Source of the DNA: Tepidisphaerales bacterium
Lineage (GTDB): Bacteria; Planctomycetota; Phycisphaerae; Tepidisphaerales; Tepidisphaeraceae
Assembly (NCBI GenBank): GCA_038329865.1
Contig: JBBQNK010000005.1
Location: forward strand, 1-64,000
Direction of reading: 5' to 3'
Length of the DNA: 64,000 nucleotides
The stretch's first letter is position 1. Each line of letters opens with the position of its first letter. The position numbers and the translations under genes were made by a program. The notes below the pieces were generated by a model. It saw only the letters and a list, made by a program, of their open reading frames with translations. It was not told the origin of the DNA and searched no databases. Of the stretch, positions 59,734 through 64,000 are shown one piece after another.

Positions 59734-60386
59734 TGGCCCACCAAGATGGAGTCCGCTTGAGGGGATCTGTCGCCAATTCACGCAAATACTTGCGAAGCTT
59801 GAAATGGGCCGTGCTGATCGGCAGCACGGCGGTTGCATTAGCGATCATTTATCTTCAAGTCCGCAGTTATTCCTGCAGCGATAGACTTGAATGTACGCGG
59901 TGGACCCAAACTCAAGAAGGGCTCGTGATTCAATACCGTGCCGTCAGAACCATGAATACCTGGCTACTGTTCGAAAATGCTACATGGCACGCTCCTGACG
60001 CGGAAACGCTGGAGAAAAATGGATACGGAATTCCCCAACCCGGCCTGACGCTTACTCGGGACTACGAGATTTACGAAGTCTCGACTTCAGGTACGCCTTG
60101 GATTTTTGGGTTACGACGATCGTCTCTCGTAAACCCGTTGGCCTACTCCAGCCAACTTGCCGTTCCGCTTCGGCTGCCGGCGATTCTCTTCGGCACTTTG
60201 CCGATGTCGTACTTTGCGTGGCGGGTGATCGCAGCGCGTCGCAACCGTAATCGGCTGGCCGCGGGGCAGTGCGCGGCGTGCGGATACGATCTTCGCGCGA
60301 CGCCCGATCGCTGCCCGGAATGCGGGCACGTCATAATTCAGATTCCCTCAACGGATCAGGCACATCCAACGCCGGAGCGTCATTGA
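59733..60386 (+). CDS. two-TM membrane protein with C-terminal C4 zinc ribbon (family member A, 217 aa)
   Basis: The ATG overlaps the prfA TGA (TGATG). It has TM1, a ~100-aa loop, TM2, RRNRNR and CAACGYDLRATPDRCPECGHV. Confidence 0.6.
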   Translation: MAHQDGVRLRGSVANSRKYLRSLKWAVLIGSTAVALAIIYLQVRSYSCSDRLECTRWTQTQEGLVIQYRAVRTMNTWLLFENATWHAPDAETLEKNGYGIPQPGLTLTRDYEIYEVSTSGTPWIFGLRRSSLVNPLAYSSQLAVPLRLPAILFGTLPMSYFAWRVIAARRNRNRLAAGQCAACGYDLRATPDRCPECGHVIIQIPSTDQAHPTPERH

Positions 60387-60676
60387 GAGTCCAATGGGCC
60401 ATCCTCCGTTTCCTCGCACTTGGCCTGTTCCTCGGGCTGATTTCGTTCGGCGTGATGCGGATATTTCTTGTCACGGGCCTCTCGGCGAGGATCATCATGG
60501 CCGCGATGTGGGTCATCGCCGGGTTTGAAACGTGGCGAAAATACCAGGCCGACACCAAAGCTCTGGCGGCCAGCCCGTTCGCGTGTCCGAAGTGCGGGTA
60601 TGACATGCGGGCCACGCCGGACCGATGTCCAGAGTGCGGACGCGAGGCGTCGACTCCGCCGGCAAAGAAGGATTAG
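60383..60676 (+). CDS. two-TM membrane protein with C-terminal C4 zinc ribbon (family member B, about 98 aa)
   Basis: A TTG at 60383 overlaps the upstream stop (alternative starts are GTG 60452 and ATG 60455). It has two TM helices and then CPKCGYDMRATPDRCPECGRE. Confidence 0.5.
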   Translation: MRVQWAILRFLALGLFLGLISFGVMRIFLVTGLSARIIMAAMWVIAGFETWRKYQADTKALAASPFACPKCGYDMRATPDRCPECGREASTPPAKKD

Positions 60677-60680
60677 TCCG

Positions 60681-60980
60681 ATGTTGCGGCTAGGCCGATA
60701 CATGTCCTTGTTGGTGCTTGTCGCGGCGGCCATTTTTTGTGCCGGCCGGATCAATGTTTATTTCCGATTGACCGATGCCAAAGGCCTGCTCGTGTCGTGC
60801 GTCACGATGGTGGTCGCGCTCGTCGGTTGGGTCGTCTGGGTCAGTCGTGGCCCTCGGAAAACATTGCGTAGGAATGCCGACGATCGATTGCGGCTGGCGC
60901 GGATTTGCCCGGTTTGCGGTTACAACATGCGGGCCACGCCGGATCGCTGCTCTGAGTGTGGGTATGAGGTCACGCAATGA
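60681..60980 (+). CDS. two-TM membrane protein with C-terminal C4 zinc ribbon (family member C, 99 aa)
   Basis: ATG at 60681 with AAGGA upstream, two TM helices, a basic stretch and CPVCGYNMRATPDRCSECGYE. The stop overlaps the next start (ATGA). Confidence 0.6.
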   Translation: MLRLGRYMSLLVLVAAAIFCAGRINVYFRLTDAKGLLVSCVTMVVALVGWVVWVSRGPRKTLRRNADDRLRLARICPVCGYNMRATPDRCSECGYEVTQ

Positions 60981-63652
60981 AATATGCTTTTTACTTTGCG
61001 CTCGCCGTGATTGTGGCGTTGGCGATCCACCCTCCAATCGCCGGCGCTTCGGTCCTCTGGATCGAAGGCGAAGCCGCCGTTCAATCCGTCGTGCAGCGGC
61101 ATCCGTCGTGGTACGACAAAGTCGACACCAATGAGCTAGCCGGCGGGGATTTTATTTCCAACTGGTCGGACAAGCCCGGCGAGATGACCTACAACGTGGC
61201 CGCGCCGGCGGCGGGTGCTTATCAGTTCTGGGTGCGGGCGAATCCGACGGCGACGAAACTTTCCGCACGCATTAATGGCGGCGCGTGGCAGGCGATCGAC
61301 TTCGCTCACGCGGTGGGGAACACCAACATCGCCGCCGACGGCAAGGTGGATCTTCGGTTCATCGCGTGGGTGGACGCGGGCAGCGTGCAGCTCAAGAAGG
61401 GGAAGAACGTCGTCGACTTCCGCATGGATAGCGACAACCACAACCACGGCATGCTCGATTGTTTCGTGCTGGCCGACGAGGCGTTTCATCCGCGCGGGGC
61501 GCTGAAGCCCGAGCAGATGGCCTCCGAAGCCGCGAAGGACGCCGCCGCCAACGATGGTTGGTTCGCGTTCGATCCGAAGGAAGATTCGTTCGCCAAAGAT
61601 GCCGGGCTCGATCTTCGCTCGATGAACGAAGCCTTCGCTGGCGAAGGCGGGTTCATCGCCGCCAAAGGGCCGCAGTTCGTGCACAGCAAGACCGGCCAGC
61701 CCGTGCGCTTCTGGGCGGTGAACCAGGCGGCCGACGCGAAGGATTACGACTCGGCCGTCCCCGTCGCCAAGATGCTCGCCAAGCACGGCGTGAATCTGGT
61801 TCGCCTGCACGGCGGCCTGTATGACCGCGACGGCAAGCTCGATCCGAAACAGATTCAGCGCATCCTCGGCATCGTCGACGCCATGCGCGAGCAGGGAATA
61901 TACGTTCACCTTTCGATCTACTTCCCGTTGTGGATGTCGCCGTCGCCGAACAACGCCTTCCTGCAAGGTTATGACGGCAAGACCAACCCGTTCGCCGCGC
62001 TCTACTTCAATCCCGATTTTCAAAAGCAGTACTACTCGTGGTGGACCGCCCTGCTCACCACGCCTAGCCCGCGGACAAACAAAAAACTGATCGACGAGCC
62101 GGCCGTCTTCGGCTGCGAGGCGATCAATGAAGACTCGCTCTTTTTTTACACGTTCACCGACCAGAAAATCCCCGACGCACAGATGCGCCCGATCGAGAAA
62201 CTCTTCGGCGACTGGGCCGCGAAGAAGTATGGCTCGATCGACAAAGCCCTGGCTGCGTGGGGAACCAAAACCCGCCGCGACAACGTCGCCGAAGGTCGGC
62301 TCGGCATGCGGCCGATGTGGAACATCGCCAACGAGCGCCGGCCGCGCGATATCGATACCGTCAAATTCCTGGCCGAACGGCAAACCGCGTTTTACGACGA
62401 CACGGCGAAGTTCCTCCGCAAAACCGGCTTCAAAGGCGTCATCACCGCCAGCAACTGGACCACCGCCAGCGCACAATACCTCGGCCCGGTCGAAAAACTC
62501 ACCTACCTGCCCGGCGATTTCCTCGACCGGCACGGCTACTTCAGCAACGACCACAACGGCGACAACGCCGCCTGGTCCATCCGCAACGGCCACACATTTT
62601 TTGAACGCAGCGCACTCCGATTCGATCCGGAAACGCCCGGCGGAAAGCCCGCGTTCTCGCACCCGGCGTTTGATACAACGTACGACGACAAGCCCACCAC
62701 GATCACCGAAACCACCTGGGAGCGGCCCAACCGTTTCCGCAGCGAAGCCCCACTCTATTACGCCGCCTACGGATCGCTCCAGGACACCGACGCGATTTTT
62801 CACTTCGCACTCGACGGCAAGAACTGGAACGTAAAGCCGGGATTTTTCATGCAGCCGTGGACGCTCATGACGCCCACGATGATGGGCCAATTCCCCGCGG
62901 CCGCGATCGTGTACCGCAAGTCGCTCATCTCGCCGGGCGACGTGCTGGTCGATGTGAATCTGAAAATCGATGACGTGCTCTCGCTCAAAGGTACGCCGCT
63001 GCCCGAGGGCGCTGCGTTTGATGAGCTCCGCAAGAAAGACATCCCGGCCGGCGTGACGCAGGAGATGGATCAGCAGATCGACCCGCTGGTTCACCTGGCC
63101 GGGCAGACGCGCGTGGAATTTTCTGACAAGCCCAGCTCCGCGAAGATCGGATCGCTCGCCAAGTACATCGACCGCAAGGCCGGCGTCGTCACCAGCACCA
63201 ACGGCCAGCTCAAGCTCGACTACCACGCCGGCCTGCTGCTGATGAGCGCACCGCGCGTGCAGGGCGCCAGCGGCAACCTCGCGGCCGGCAAGACGATCGA
63301 CCTGCCGGACGTGAAAATCAGCAGCGATCTCGATTTAGCGAACGTGGTGCTGGTCAGCTTGGATGACAAACCGATCGCCACCAGCGGCAGACTGCTGCTG
63401 CAGGTGATGACGGAGGAAAAATCCACCAGCTTCAAGACCGAACCCGCCGGGCCGCTGCTTAAGATCATCGACATCGGCCGCGACCCGTGGCTGGTGCGCG
63501 ACGTGCGGGGCAGCGTCACGCTGAAGCGGGCCGATGCGAAATCGCTCAAGCTCACGCCGCTGGATTTCAACGGCTATCGGACGTCGGCCAAGCCGATCGC
63601 CGGGCCGATCGAACTGCAGCGGGACGTGGTGTATTACTTGATCGAGAAGTAG
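60977..63652 (+). CDS. secreted glycoside-hydrolase-like protein (TIM-barrel GH5/GH42-like core with an N-terminal beta-sandwich carbohydrate-binding-like module)
   Basis: Signal peptide MKYAFYFALAVIVALAIHPPIAGA, a glycosidase-barrel-like region (VNLVRLHGG ... YVHLSIYFPLW ... INEDS) and a length of 891 aa. The family assignment is tentative. Confidence 0.45.
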   Translation: MKYAFYFALAVIVALAIHPPIAGASVLWIEGEAAVQSVVQRHPSWYDKVDTNELAGGDFISNWSDKPGEMTYNVAAPAAGAYQFWVRANPTATKLSARINGGAWQAIDFAHAVGNTNIAADGKVDLRFIAWVDAGSVQLKKGKNVVDFRMDSDNHNHGMLDCFVLADEAFHPRGALKPEQMASEAAKDAAANDGWFAFDPKEDSFAKDAGLDLRSMNEAFAGEGGFIAAKGPQFVHSKTGQPVRFWAVNQAADAKDYDSAVPVAKMLAKHGVNLVRLHGGLYDRDGKLDPKQIQRILGIVDAMREQGIYVHLSIYFPLWMSPSPNNAFLQGYDGKTNPFAALYFNPDFQKQYYSWWTALLTTPSPRTNKKLIDEPAVFGCEAINEDSLFFYTFTDQKIPDAQMRPIEKLFGDWAAKKYGSIDKALAAWGTKTRRDNVAEGRLGMRPMWNIANERRPRDIDTVKFLAERQTAFYDDTAKFLRKTGFKGVITASNWTTASAQYLGPVEKLTYLPGDFLDRHGYFSNDHNGDNAAWSIRNGHTFFERSALRFDPETPGGKPAFSHPAFDTTYDDKPTTITETTWERPNRFRSEAPLYYAAYGSLQDTDAIFHFALDGKNWNVKPGFFMQPWTLMTPTMMGQFPAAAIVYRKSLISPGDVLVDVNLKIDDVLSLKGTPLPEGAAFDELRKKDIPAGVTQEMDQQIDPLVHLAGQTRVEFSDKPSSAKIGSLAKYIDRKAGVVTSTNGQLKLDYHAGLLLMSAPRVQGASGNLAAGKTIDLPDVKISSDLDLANVVLVSLDDKPIATSGRLLLQVMTEEKSTSFKTEPAGPLLKIIDIGRDPWLVRDVRGSVTLKRADAKSLKLTPLDFNGYRTSAKPIAGPIELQRDVVYYLIEK

Positions 63653-63665
63653 CGGTCTGCCGAAC

Positions 63666-63800
63666 GCCGTAACTTCCGTTCCTCTCCCGGTAATCCGGGA
63701 GTGGGCAGGGCGAGGGTTCTGCCGCGATTTTCGAACAGGTCGGCGAAGGGAACAGAACCCTCATCCCCCCTTCTCCCGGCGTACCGGGAGAAGGAGTAAG
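63666..63800. repeat. palindromic repeat, family B (CCTCTCCCGGTAxxCCGGGAG...GAGGGTTC arms)
   Basis: cctctcccggtaatccgggagtgggcagggcgagggttctg ... cagaaccctcatccccccttctcccggcgtaccgggagaagg. It is the same family as the inner IR of the element at 13378-13549. Confidence 0.65.
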
Positions 63801-63897
63801 ACGCTCGCCCCCTTCGGCGTATTGACGCCCGACAAGACAATCGCCCCCGGCCCGAGTAAGATTCCCGGTTCACTAAAGCTCTCAAAGGACTCGTAAC

Positions 63898-64000
63898 ATG
63901 GCGAAAAAGAAATCCGAATCAGCGGTGGCCCCCAAAGCCGCTGCGAAAAAAGAACCGACCAAAAAGCCGGCGGCGATGCCGTCGGGAGATATGCCTTCGA
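63898..64000 (+). CDS. partial (5' end only) Lys/Ala/Pro-rich basic protein, possibly histone-H1-like / nucleoid-associated
   Basis: An ATG at 63898 gives MAKKKSESAVAPKAAAKKEPTKKPAAMPSGD. The gene runs off the window. Confidence 0.3.
   Translation, partial: MAKKKSESAVAPKAAAKKEPTKKPAAMPSGDMPS

Overview
This is a high-GC (about 63-65%) bacterial chromosomal segment that is densely coded on both strands. The gene content points to a Planctomycetota-like genome, but this is inference from content, not a database hit. The pointers are a PEP-CTERM protein, a DUF4159-like secreted giant, a long NuoH, an nuoH-JKLMN cluster without nuoI, and many FAD oxidoreductases.

About 50 protein-coding genes are supported:
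- Envelope glycan genes: a WecA/MraY-family transferase, an SDR epimerase and a PEP-CTERM protein.
- Housekeeping genes: nadB, ribBA, pgsA, gyrB (which carries an apparent frameshift), ppdK, rpsA, ndh (NDH-2), an M32 carboxypeptidase, the nuoH-J-K-L-M-N block, a PCD/DCoH pterin dehydratase and prfA.
- Two M48 peptidases, a PilZ protein, a flotillin-like SPFH protein and two tandem KUP/APC-like transporter-Usp fusion paralogs.

No rRNA, tRNA or CRISPR array was recognisable by eye.

The accessory signal is mostly non-coding and small-protein:
- At least four families of palindromic REP/MITE-like repeats.
- A class of long hairpins built from tandem heptamers.
- An IS200-like/RAYT-like tyrosine transposase flanked by inverted REP hairpins, sitting directly after gyrB.
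- A previously unrecognised-looking paralogous family of two-TM membrane proteins ending in an invariant C-terminal zinc ribbon, CxxCGY(D/N)(L/M)RATPDRC(P/S)ECG. There are five copies in 64 kb, three of them tandem and translationally coupled to prfA.
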